Shown: piece by piece, positions 36,760-44,623 of the stretch
Layout: each line of letters opens with the position of its first letter
Position numbering within the stretch: the stretch's first letter is position 1
From: Dehalococcoidales bacterium
Lineage (GTDB): Bacteria > Chloroflexota > Dehalococcoidia > Dehalococcoidales > JAFGLR01
DNA length: 53,068 bases
Direction of reading: 5' to 3'
Assembly (NCBI GenBank): GCA_016927955.1
Contig: JAFGLR010000025.1
Span: 1 to 53,068 of the forward strand
Position numbers and translations under genes: made by a program
Notes under the pieces: model-generated
Databases searched by the model: none
What the model was told of the DNA's origin: nothing
Seen by the model: the letters and a program-made list of their open reading frames with translations, nothing else

Positions 36760-37413
36760 TTGACGGAGAACGTTTTCGACCGCATCGCCCCGGGCTGGTA
36801 CGGCTTCCGGCACCACACGATATTCCGTACCGAACTCGAAACGCTGGCAAAAAAATGGCAACCGGGCAAACTTCTGAACATCGGCTGCGCCCACGGGCCG
36901 GATTTTATTCCCTTCAGGGAGCACTTCGAGTTATACGGTATCGACTCTTCGCCGGAGATGCTTCACTACGGGCGAAAATACGCCCGGAAATTCGATTTCG
37001 AACCGTTCTTAGAACTGGCTGATGCAACAAGCCTTCCTTTTCCGGATAATTCATTCGATTACGCAATAGCAGTAGCAACCTATCATCATCTGGAAGATAA
37101 AACAGCGAGGCTGAAGGCATTGAGGGAACTAAACCGGGTGCTGAAACCGGACGGCGAAGCATTCATCACGGTCTGGAACCACTGGCAACCGCGATTCTGG
37201 TTCAAGGGTTCGGATACCCTGGTGCCCTGGCGGATTAAAGAACAAGTAGTGCAGCGTTATTATCATCTATTCTCTTACGGAGAAATGGCAAAACTGGTAA
37301 AACAGGCCGGGTTACAGGTGATAAAATTATCTCCGGAAAGCTCGCACCGCTGTCCTATAAAATATTTTTCCCGGAATATATGCCTGCTGGTTAAAAAAAT
37401 ATCTAATAAATAG
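36760..37413 (+). CDS. Class I SAM-dependent methyltransferase, Trm9-like
   Basis: 217 aa. Blocks align by eye with yeast Trm9: VFDRIAPGWYGFRH (VYNEIAPHFSQTRY), LLNIGCAHG (motif I), SFDYAIAVATYHHL (FDFAISIAVVHHW), VLKPDGEAFITVWN, DTLVPW (DVFVPW), RYYHLFSYGEM (RFYHLYREGEL). TTG start with GAGGT 6 nt upstream. Confidence 0.65.
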   Translation: MTENVFDRIAPGWYGFRHHTIFRTELETLAKKWQPGKLLNIGCAHGPDFIPFREHFELYGIDSSPEMLHYGRKYARKFDFEPFLELADATSLPFPDNSFDYAIAVATYHHLEDKTARLKALRELNRVLKPDGEAFITVWNHWQPRFWFKGSDTLVPWRIKEQVVQRYYHLFSYGEMAKLVKQAGLQVIKLSPESSHRCPIKYFSRNICLLVKKISNK

Positions 37414-37422
37414 GAGGCTAAT

Positions 37423-37620
37423 ATGCCCGTAGTAATTGTGGAATGGTGGGAAGGCCGCACGGTCGGCCAGAAGAAAGAGGTCATCGAGGGTATCACAGAA
37501 GTATTGACCAGGGTAGGTATTCCACCGGAAGCGACGCATGTTATTATCAAGGACAACCCCAAGACCAACTGGGGCACCGGCGGCAAACAATGCGCGGAAA
37601 ATAGCCTTTCGAAAGATTGA
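37423..37620 (+). CDS. 4-oxalocrotonate tautomerase family protein
   Basis: 65 aa. Starts MPVV (catalytic Pro1 after Met removal). Beta-alpha-beta pattern EGRTVGQKKEVIEGITEVL. AGGAGG SD. 9 nt after the methyltransferase stop. Confidence 0.8.
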   Translation: MPVVIVEWWEGRTVGQKKEVIEGITEVLTRVGIPPEATHVIIKDNPKTNWGTGGKQCAENSLSKD

Positions 37621-37712
37621 CAGCAAGTCAATTCATCAAACAGAAAACTAGTCCAGGTGCCAAAACCCCATTAGTTAAGCTATAATGAAACTTACTTACT
37701 TGAGGTGAACCC

Positions 37713-38870
37713 ATGGATACTAATGAGTTAAAACAGACGATTATCAGTGATATCGAGGCAAGGAGCAAAGAGCTCAGCGAGCTGTGTTTGAAAATACACG
37801 CTAATCCTGAACTCGGAATGCATGAAGAAAAGGCTGCCGCGTGGCTGACGAAATATCTGGAAACAAACGGCTTTAAAGTAGAGCGGGGCATCTGTGATAT
37901 GCCCACCGCCTTCCGGGCGGTCTACGGAAAAGACAGGCCTGCCGTTGCCTTTCTGGCGGAATACGACGCCCTGCCGGAGGTCGGTCATGCCTGCGGTCAT
38001 AATATTATCGCAACATCGGCCGTCGGGGCGGGAGTGGCGGCAAAAATTGTTGCAGATAATTTCCCGGGCACGATACAGGTCATTGGAACGCCGGCTGAGG
38101 AATTAATCGGCGGGAAAATCGAAATGGCCAACAAAGCCGCATTTAACGATTTGGACGCAGCAATGCTGGTCCATCCCGGAATGCGGGACACGGCAACATC
38201 CAACGCACTGGCCTGTATCACACTGGATGTCGAGTTTTTCGGGAAATCGGCACATGCTGCGGCAGAACCGGAACTCGGCCGGAACGCATTAGAAGCGATG
38301 ATATTGGCTTTTAATGCAATAGACGCTTTAAGACAACACATCAAACCTGTTTCTCGTATCCACGGTATTATTACGAACGGCGGGTCGGCTGCCAACGTAG
38401 TACCGGAGCACAGTGCCGGCTCCTTCCTGGTCCGCGCCGAGGAAGATACTTACTTAGATGAACTGAAACAGCGGGTCCTGGACTGTTTTATCGGAGCGGC
38501 CATGGCTACCGGAACCCGTCTGGAACACCGTTGGAGCCACCATTACGCTCCGATGCGTAATAATAATGCCTTGGCCAATATTTTTCTGGAAAATATGACC
38601 GCTCTAGGACGAAACGTGCGCCCGGAGGGAGATAAAGCGATAGGCAGCACGGATATGGGTAACGTCAGTCAGGTAGTGCCGGCAATTCATCCGTTTGTCG
38701 CGATAGCTCCGCTTAATACTGCTTCTCATTCACCGGAATTCGCTGCAGCCGCCGCTTCCGAAATAGGTATAAAAGGCATGCTGGACGCCGCAAAAACAAT
38801 GGCTATGACGGCAGCCGATTTACTATCAAATCCCAAATTAATGGATCAAATCAAAGTCGAGTTCAAATAA
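37713..38870 (+). CDS. M20-family metallohydrolase (amidohydrolase/peptidase M20D-like)
   Basis: 385 aa. The ELGMHEEKAA...AEYDALPEVGHACGHN...GTPAEE motifs are typical of M20 amidohydrolases. Confidence 0.85.
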   Translation: MDTNELKQTIISDIEARSKELSELCLKIHANPELGMHEEKAAAWLTKYLETNGFKVERGICDMPTAFRAVYGKDRPAVAFLAEYDALPEVGHACGHNIIATSAVGAGVAAKIVADNFPGTIQVIGTPAEELIGGKIEMANKAAFNDLDAAMLVHPGMRDTATSNALACITLDVEFFGKSAHAAAEPELGRNALEAMILAFNAIDALRQHIKPVSRIHGIITNGGSAANVVPEHSAGSFLVRAEEDTYLDELKQRVLDCFIGAAMATGTRLEHRWSHHYAPMRNNNALANIFLENMTALGRNVRPEGDKAIGSTDMGNVSQVVPAIHPFVAIAPLNTASHSPEFAAAAASEIGIKGMLDAAKTMAMTAADLLSNPKLMDQIKVEFK

Positions 38871-38872
38871 TC

Positions 38873-39859
38873 ATGGCTACAATAGGCATTCCGCGAGCTT
38901 TAGCTTATTATCAATACTACCCGATGTGGCGGACTTTCTTCGAAAAGCTCGGCTCAGAAGTCGTCACTTCGCCGCCGACCACACAGAAAATGCTGGCGGA
39001 CGGAGCAGGCAGAGTTGTCGCTGATACCTGCCTGCCGGCGAAAGTCTATCTGGGACACGTTATTTCACTGGCAGACAAATGCGATTACATGTTTATTCCC
39101 GTTATCCGCAGCGTGAAACGAAAAGCATATAATTGTGCCAAATTTCTCGGCCTGCCGGATATGACCCGGGCGGTCGTACCTGAATGTCCGCCGATTCTAG
39201 AAATCGATTTCGATGTCAATAAAGGTGCGAATACTATATACAAATTAATTTATGAGATAGCTAAGCCTTTCTCCAAAAATAAAAGCCATGTTAAGCAGGC
39301 TGCGATGAGTGCATGGGAAACTCATCTTCATTACCGCCAGCTAATGGTAAATGAGAAACTCACCCCTCCTCAGGCACTAGGTCTGCTGTACGAAAATGAA
39401 AGGCCCGATTTAACGGAGGATAACCGGGTAACTATCGGACTTATCGGACACCACTACCTGCTCTACGATGAACTGGTGAACCAACGGCTAATACCGCGCT
39501 TAAAAACCGCCGGGTGCCGTATTGTTACTCCGGAAATGGCCGATGCGGAAAAGCTCGAAGCGGCGACTCAACGACTCGCAAAACGGCCTTATTGGACATG
39601 GGAAGAAGAAGTCATCGGCGCGGGAGGCTATTACCTGGAAAATGAAAATGTAGATGGGATTATCGGGGTGGCCGCCTTCGGCTGCGGGCCTGACTCGTTA
39701 ATGATGGACTCAGTACACCGCGAGGCAACCAGGTTAAGAAACACTCCTTTTATGAATCTTACATTAGAAGAGCATACCGCCGAGGCAGGGATAATCACCC
39801 GGTTGGAGGCTTTCCTGGACATGATTTTCCGCAAACAGCGGAGGTTAACATGCGCGTAA
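38873..39859 (+). CDS. BCR/HAD-superfamily subunit, DUF2229 / acyl-CoA dehydratase activase-related type (subunit 1)
   Basis: 328 aa. N-terminus IGIPRALAYYQYYPMWRTFFEKLG, DTCLPAKV, AAFGCGPD. I recognise these from the C-terminal halves of the large CoA-substrate-specific enzyme activase proteins. 2-nt gap after the M20 gene. Confidence 0.7.
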   Translation: MATIGIPRALAYYQYYPMWRTFFEKLGSEVVTSPPTTQKMLADGAGRVVADTCLPAKVYLGHVISLADKCDYMFIPVIRSVKRKAYNCAKFLGLPDMTRAVVPECPPILEIDFDVNKGANTIYKLIYEIAKPFSKNKSHVKQAAMSAWETHLHYRQLMVNEKLTPPQALGLLYENERPDLTEDNRVTIGLIGHHYLLYDELVNQRLIPRLKTAGCRIVTPEMADAEKLEAATQRLAKRPYWTWEEEVIGAGGYYLENENVDGIIGVAAFGCGPDSLMMDSVHREATRLRNTPFMNLTLEEHTAEAGIITRLEAFLDMIFRKQRRLTCA

Positions 39860-40938
39860 CTATACCTCAAATGGGCAATTTGTATATCCCTGTGACAACC
39901 CTGTTTCGGGAATTGAATGTGGATATGGTTATGCCGCCGATGAACAGTCAGCGCACGATGTCCTTAGGCACTAAGTATTCTCCGGAAGGATTATGCATAC
40001 CTTTTAAGTTGACGCTGGGAAACTTCATCGAAGCGGCAGAGCTTGGGGCAGATACTTTTATAATGGCGAGCGGTTACAACACTTGCCGCCTGGGCATTTA
40101 CGCTAAAACCCAGGAGAAAATTTTACAGAATCTGGGTTACCAGATGGAAATGATAGAAATGGGCGTGTCCGAAAAGAAGTTTGCCGGCTTTTTGAAAATG
40201 GTTAAAAGGCTCGCGAATAACGCTCCCTGGCAGAGAATCTTCCAGGCTTTCCGTTTCGGTATCGCCAAGATGGATATCACGGACAAAATAGAGCGGGAAA
40301 TGCAGAGTATCCGGGCACGCGAAGCGGTAAAAGGCACCGCCTTCCGGACTTATAATAATGCTCTTAAAGCTATTGATGAAGCTGATAGTATGAGAAAACT
40401 AAAAATGCTTAAAAAAGACTATCTCGAACAGCTGGGGCAGATACCCTTAAACGGAAATAAACAACCGCTGAAAGTATGTATTGTCGGTGAATTCTACGTG
40501 GTCTTAGAGCCCTTCTCCAATCTGGACGTGGAAAATGAACTGGGAAAGCTGGGCGTGGAAGTAACCCGCAGCCTGTATATCTCCGAATGGCTGAAATTCG
40601 GGCTGTTTTTCGGGGTGCTGAAGAAATTCCGCAAGGACAAGAACGCGATATTACACGAGGCGGCAATGCCTTATCTTAAACGCGACATCGGCGGCGAAGG
40701 CTGGGAGACGGTGGGACATAAAGTGCTCGGCGGAGAGCATTACGAAGGGCTGGTGCATTTAGCTCCTTTCACATGTATGCCGGAAATTGTCGCTCAAAAT
40801 ATTATGTCGTCTACTAAAGAAAACATTCCGGTATTGACCCTTTTCTGTGACGAGCAGATGGGCAAACCGGGGATGCTTACGCGAGTGGAAGCCTTCGTCG
40901 ATTTGTTGAAAAGACGGCGCGAAAAGTATAACAATTAA
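39850..40938 (+). CDS. BCR/HAD-superfamily subunit, HgdAB/DUF2229-like (subunit 2)
   Basis: 362 aa. N-terminus VTIPQMGNLYIPV..., EGLCIPFKLTLGN, NTCRLG, APFTCMPE. 10-nt overlap with subunit 1. Confidence 0.7.
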   Translation: MRVTIPQMGNLYIPVTTLFRELNVDMVMPPMNSQRTMSLGTKYSPEGLCIPFKLTLGNFIEAAELGADTFIMASGYNTCRLGIYAKTQEKILQNLGYQMEMIEMGVSEKKFAGFLKMVKRLANNAPWQRIFQAFRFGIAKMDITDKIEREMQSIRAREAVKGTAFRTYNNALKAIDEADSMRKLKMLKKDYLEQLGQIPLNGNKQPLKVCIVGEFYVVLEPFSNLDVENELGKLGVEVTRSLYISEWLKFGLFFGVLKKFRKDKNAILHEAAMPYLKRDIGGEGWETVGHKVLGGEHYEGLVHLAPFTCMPEIVAQNIMSSTKENIPVLTLFCDEQMGKPGMLTRVEAFVDLLKRRREKYNN

Positions 40939-40957
40939 TTTGAATTCAAGGGGAGCT

Positions 40958-41923
40958 ATGGAAGCATATTTAGGTATTGATGTAGGTTCGGTTACAACAA
41001 AGTTTGCCGCTCTGGACCGTGATGATAAGCTACTGGCTCATCTGTATTTGCCGACACAGGGTAAGCCAATCGAAACCGTGCAGGGCGGGCTGAAAAAAAT
41101 CCGGCAAGAGCTCTCTCCTGACACGGAAATCTGCGGTGCGGCAACTACCGGCAGCGCCCGATATTTAGCGGGTGTGATAGTTGGGGCCGACCTGGTTAAG
41201 AACGAGATTACCAGTCATGCCGTTGCCACACTACACTATTATCCTGACGTACAAACGGTTATTGAAATCGGCGGGCAGGACAGCAAGATCATTATCATCC
41301 GTGATGAAATAGTTACGGATTTCGGTATGAATACAGTTTGTGCCGCCGGCACCGGCAGTTTCCTCGACCACCAGGCACAGCGGCTTAATTTGAGTATTCA
41401 GGAATTCAGCGAACGTGCCCTGACTAGTAAAACTCCGGTACGGATTGCCGGACGGTGTACTGTCTTCGGCGAATCGGATATGATTCACAAGCAGCAAATG
41501 GGACACCGTATCGAGGATATTATATACGGACTATGTCAGGCACTGGTACGGAACTACTTGAACAACGTCGGATTAGGTAAAGAAATCAAACCGCCAGTGG
41601 TATTTCAGGGTGGGGTCGCCTTCAATAAAGGCATTATCAAGGCCTTCCGCGAAGAACTCAAGACCGATTTGATTGTCCCCGAACATCACGAAGTAATGGG
41701 AGCCATCGGGGCGGCATTACTGGTACATGAGGAAATAACGCAATCGAAAAATAAAAGTACGTTTAAGGGGTTCGGCATCAGCGATGTTCAATACCAGACC
41801 TCATCGTTCGAATGCAAGTCCTGCCCTAACCTATGCGAAATCGCCCAATTATCAGTTAAAAATAAGGTACTGGCGAGGTGGGGAGGCCGGTGCGATTTAT
41901 GGGAAAGAACTACCGGTGAATGA
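40958..41923 (+). CDS. BadF/BadG/BcrA/BcrD-type ATPase (HgdC-like activator) with a Cys-rich C-terminal tail
   Basis: Actin-fold phosphate-1 motif LGIDVGSVTTK. Cluster-ligand contexts VCAAGTGSFLD and RCTVFGESD. GGVAFN. C-terminal FECKSCPNLCE...GRCDLWE. ATG at 40958 is preferred (GGGGAG SD) over the track's TTG at 40940. Confidence 0.85.
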   Translation: MEAYLGIDVGSVTTKFAALDRDDKLLAHLYLPTQGKPIETVQGGLKKIRQELSPDTEICGAATTGSARYLAGVIVGADLVKNEITSHAVATLHYYPDVQTVIEIGGQDSKIIIIRDEIVTDFGMNTVCAAGTGSFLDHQAQRLNLSIQEFSERALTSKTPVRIAGRCTVFGESDMIHKQQMGHRIEDIIYGLCQALVRNYLNNVGLGKEIKPPVVFQGGVAFNKGIIKAFREELKTDLIVPEHHEVMGAIGAALLVHEEITQSKNKSTFKGFGISDVQYQTSSFECKSCPNLCEIAQLSVKNKVLARWGGRCDLWERTTGE

Positions 41924-42058
41924 TATCTATTATTAATTAAATTATATCATTCAATATTATTTTTTCTTGATTCATTACCAATTACACTATTTTTTTAACA
42001 TTCAAAATTTGCTATTATTTAGAAACCGGATATTGGAATAAAAGGTAAAAGAGAAAAT

Positions 42059-43054
42059 ATGATTATTGCTGTTGATGCTGCTGGCGGAGATTTTGCTCCC
42101 TGGGAAGTAGTCAAGGGAGCAATTAAAGCCGCCCAAGAATTCGGTGTGGGAATTGCCCTAGTGGGCAGTGGAGAGATACTCCACGTGCTTGCGGGGAAAT
42201 ACCTGAAAAAGCTACCTATCACCTTTGTGGAGGCCAGCCAGGTCATTGGATTTAATGAGCATGCTATTCAGGCAATACAGACGAAGCCGGATTCAAGTAT
42301 TGTGGTGGGTATTAACCTGTTAAAACAGGGCAAAGTAGATGCTTTCGTTTCCGCCGGTCATTCGGGAGCGGTCTTTGCCGCCGGAATGTTTATTCTGGGC
42401 AAGATTGAAGGTACACCGCGCCCGGCCATAGGTTGTTTTATCAATTTGGACCCGAGCAAACTGGCTTTCCTTATCGACGCCGGGGCTAACGTGGAGTGCC
42501 GGCCGGAACATCTGGTCTGGTTTGCTCATATGGGCAGCCTCTATTTAAGCCAGATTTACGGTATTGAGTCTCCGCGTGTCGGTTTGCTCAGTAACGGAGC
42601 GGAAGATACCAAAGGTGATAAGCTGGTAATCGAAACTAATCACTTATTAAAAAATACCAAGTTAAATTTTATCGGCAATATCGAGGGACACGACATCATG
42701 CAAGGAACGGCAGAAGTAATAGTAACCGACGGATTCACCGGTAACATTGTTCTTAAGACCGTCGAGGGTATATACGATAACTGGTTATCTTCCATGAAAG
42801 AAGCCAACCAGAGAGTGGCGAAAGCTTACCGCCAATCGGTAAAAACGCTCAATCGCGATACTGATATAGGTTCGTGGACGAAAAAACTGGACTTCCGTGA
42901 GTATGGCGGGGCGTGCTTGCTGGGTATTAACGGTAATGTAATCATCTCACACGGACGCAGCCAGGCTACGGCGATTAAAAACGCTATCGGACTGGCGATA
43001 AGGACCGCCGAACGGTCGGTACCACAAAAAATTAAGGAGGAAAATAATGACTAA
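42059..43054 (+). CDS. plsX: Phosphate acyltransferase PlsX
   Basis: 331 aa. IAVDAAGGDFAP at the N-terminus and GFTGNIVLKT are both hallmark PlsX motifs. Confidence 0.9.
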   Translation: MIIAVDAAGGDFAPWEVVKGAIKAAQEFGVGIALVGSGEILHVLAGKYLKKLPITFVEASQVIGFNEHAIQAIQTKPDSSIVVGINLLKQGKVDAFVSAGHSGAVFAAGMFILGKIEGTPRPAIGCFINLDPSKLAFLIDAGANVECRPEHLVWFAHMGSLYLSQIYGIESPRVGLLSNGAEDTKGDKLVIETNHLLKNTKLNFIGNIEGHDIMQGTAEVIVTDGFTGNIVLKTVEGIYDNWLSSMKEANQRVAKAYRQSVKTLNRDTDIGSWTKKLDFREYGGACLLGINGNVIISHGRSQATAIKNAIGLAIRTAERSVPQKIKEENND

Positions 43055-43373
43055 ACCTTTCGATGTGACTGAAGCTAACTTCGATAAAGAAGTGATAAAA
43101 TCCAAAATACCGGTGCTGGTGGATTTCTGGGCACCCTGGTGCCGTCCCTGTCTGATGACCGCACCGATTCTTGATGAACTGGCCGTAGAATATAAGGATA
43201 AGCTGACTTTTACCAAGATGAATGTCGATGAGAATGGAGAAGTAGCCAGACAATATGGCGTTATGTCAATCCCGAATCTTATTGTTTTCAAAGACGGCAA
43301 ACCGGCCGCCCAGGTGGTTGGTTTTAAACCGAAAGCCGAATTGAAACATACACTGGATGGAGTAATTGGATAA
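43047..43373 (+). CDS. trxA: Thioredoxin with a WCRPC active site
   Basis: 108 aa. VLVDFWAPWCRPCLM...YGVMSIPNLIVFKDG. 8-nt overlap with plsX. AAGGAGG SD inside the plsX 3' end. Confidence 0.9.
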   Translation: MTKPFDVTEANFDKEVIKSKIPVLVDFWAPWCRPCLMTAPILDELAVEYKDKLTFTKMNVDENGEVARQYGVMSIPNLIVFKDGKPAAQVVGFKPKAELKHTLDGVIG

Positions 43374-43698
43374 AACAGTTTCAGTAACGATTATTTTCGA
43401 TAGTAAAAAAGTGCAATGTGAAGGCCAATGCGGCTTTGACTGGTCGTCGCCCGAATCAGTTGAGACAGTCAAGAAGCGGGTAACGGAACGTTTTGGTAAG
43501 ACGGTTATGCTGGAATTAGTGGATTTGTCCGCAGCCGGTAAGCTGAATACAGACTGGCAAAACCGTGTAGAAAAAGAAAACCTGAATCTACCCTTACTTC
43601 TGGTAAATAACGAAATCAGGATACCGGGGGAATTCGATGTCCGTCAGATGATGGACGCTATCGAAGTGGAGCTTGAGATAGATGGAACAGCAATATGA
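43366..43698 (+). CDS. Small thioredoxin-fold-like protein, YuzD (DUF1462)-like
   Basis: 110 aa. CEGQC near the N-terminus. LPLLLVNNEIRIPGEFDV resembles the PLVLVEDKIVGEG segment of YuzD as I recall it. TTG start overlapping the trxA stop by 8 nt. Confidence 0.5.
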   Translation: MDKTVSVTIIFDSKKVQCEGQCGFDWSSPESVETVKKRVTERFGKTVMLELVDLSAAGKLNTDWQNRVEKENLNLPLLLVNNEIRIPGEFDVRQMMDAIEVELEIDGTAI

Positions 43699-44599
43699 TG
43701 TAATCATCATCGGTGGCGGTCCCGCCGGACTGGCAGCCGGATTATATACCTCACGGGACCGCCTGAAAACCCTGCTTATTGAAAAGGGGTTCTTCGGCGG
43801 TCTTATTGCCACAGCAGAGTGGGTAGAAAATTATCCGGGCTTTCCGGACGGGGTCGGGGGCTTCGAACTCGGCGAGTTTATGCGTAAACAGACCGCTAAA
43901 TACGGCCTCAATACCCTTATAGCCGAGGTTACGGGCGCCGATTTAAAGAATAAGGAAAAAGTAATCAAGACCAGCGAAGGCGATTTCAAGGCAAAAGCGG
44001 TAATTATTGCGACAGGTTCCGACAGGTCAAAGCTGGGTGTTCCGGGTGAAGCGGAACTAACCGGAAAGGGCGTATCTTATTGTGCCACCTGCGATGCCGC
44101 TTTTTTCCGTGATTTGCCCGTAGCTGTCGTGGGCGGCGGCAATGCAGCAATCTCCGAGGCGATTCACCTCACCAACTTCGCCTCAAAGGTGATAGTAATC
44201 CACCGCCGCGACCAGTTAAGAGCTACCCGTGTTGTCCAGGAAAAAGCTATGACTAACCCGAAAATTGAGTTCAAATGGGATACTGTCGTTGAAGAAATAA
44301 CCGGTGAAAAAGCGGTGAAAAACGTAAAACTCCGTAATGCTAAAACCGGGGAGAAGTCCATACTCGAACTGTCCGGCATCTTTATCTCCACCGGGTTGAA
44401 ACCCAATACCGCATTCTTACAAGGCAACCTGCCGCTTGATAACAGCGGCCGTATCATAACCAACGACCGGATGGAGACCGGCATTCCCGGCGTCTATGCT
44501 GCCGGGGACGTCCGCTGTAATTCAGGCATGCAAGCTATCTGTTCGGCGGGAGAAGGAGCCACTGCTGCTATCTATGCCCAGCGATATTTAAGCGAATAA
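43682..44599 (+). CDS. trxB: Thioredoxin-disulfide reductase
   Basis: 305 aa. GGGPAG FAD motif, redox-active CATCDA, GGGNAA NADPH motif, GDV. Confidence 0.92.
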   Translation: MEQQYDVIIIGGGPAGLAAGLYTSRDRLKTLLIEKGFFGGLIATAEWVENYPGFPDGVGGFELGEFMRKQTAKYGLNTLIAEVTGADLKNKEKVIKTSEGDFKAKAVIIATGSDRSKLGVPGEAELTGKGVSYCATCDAAFFRDLPVAVVGGGNAAISEAIHLTNFASKVIVIHRRDQLRATRVVQEKAMTNPKIEFKWDTVVEEITGEKAVKNVKLRNAKTGEKSILELSGIFISTGLKPNTAFLQGNLPLDNSGRIITNDRMETGIPGVYAAGDVRCNSGMQAICSAGEGATAAIYAQRYLSE

Positions 44600-44623
44600 C
44601 GCTGAAAGAGGAGGCTAGTTCAA

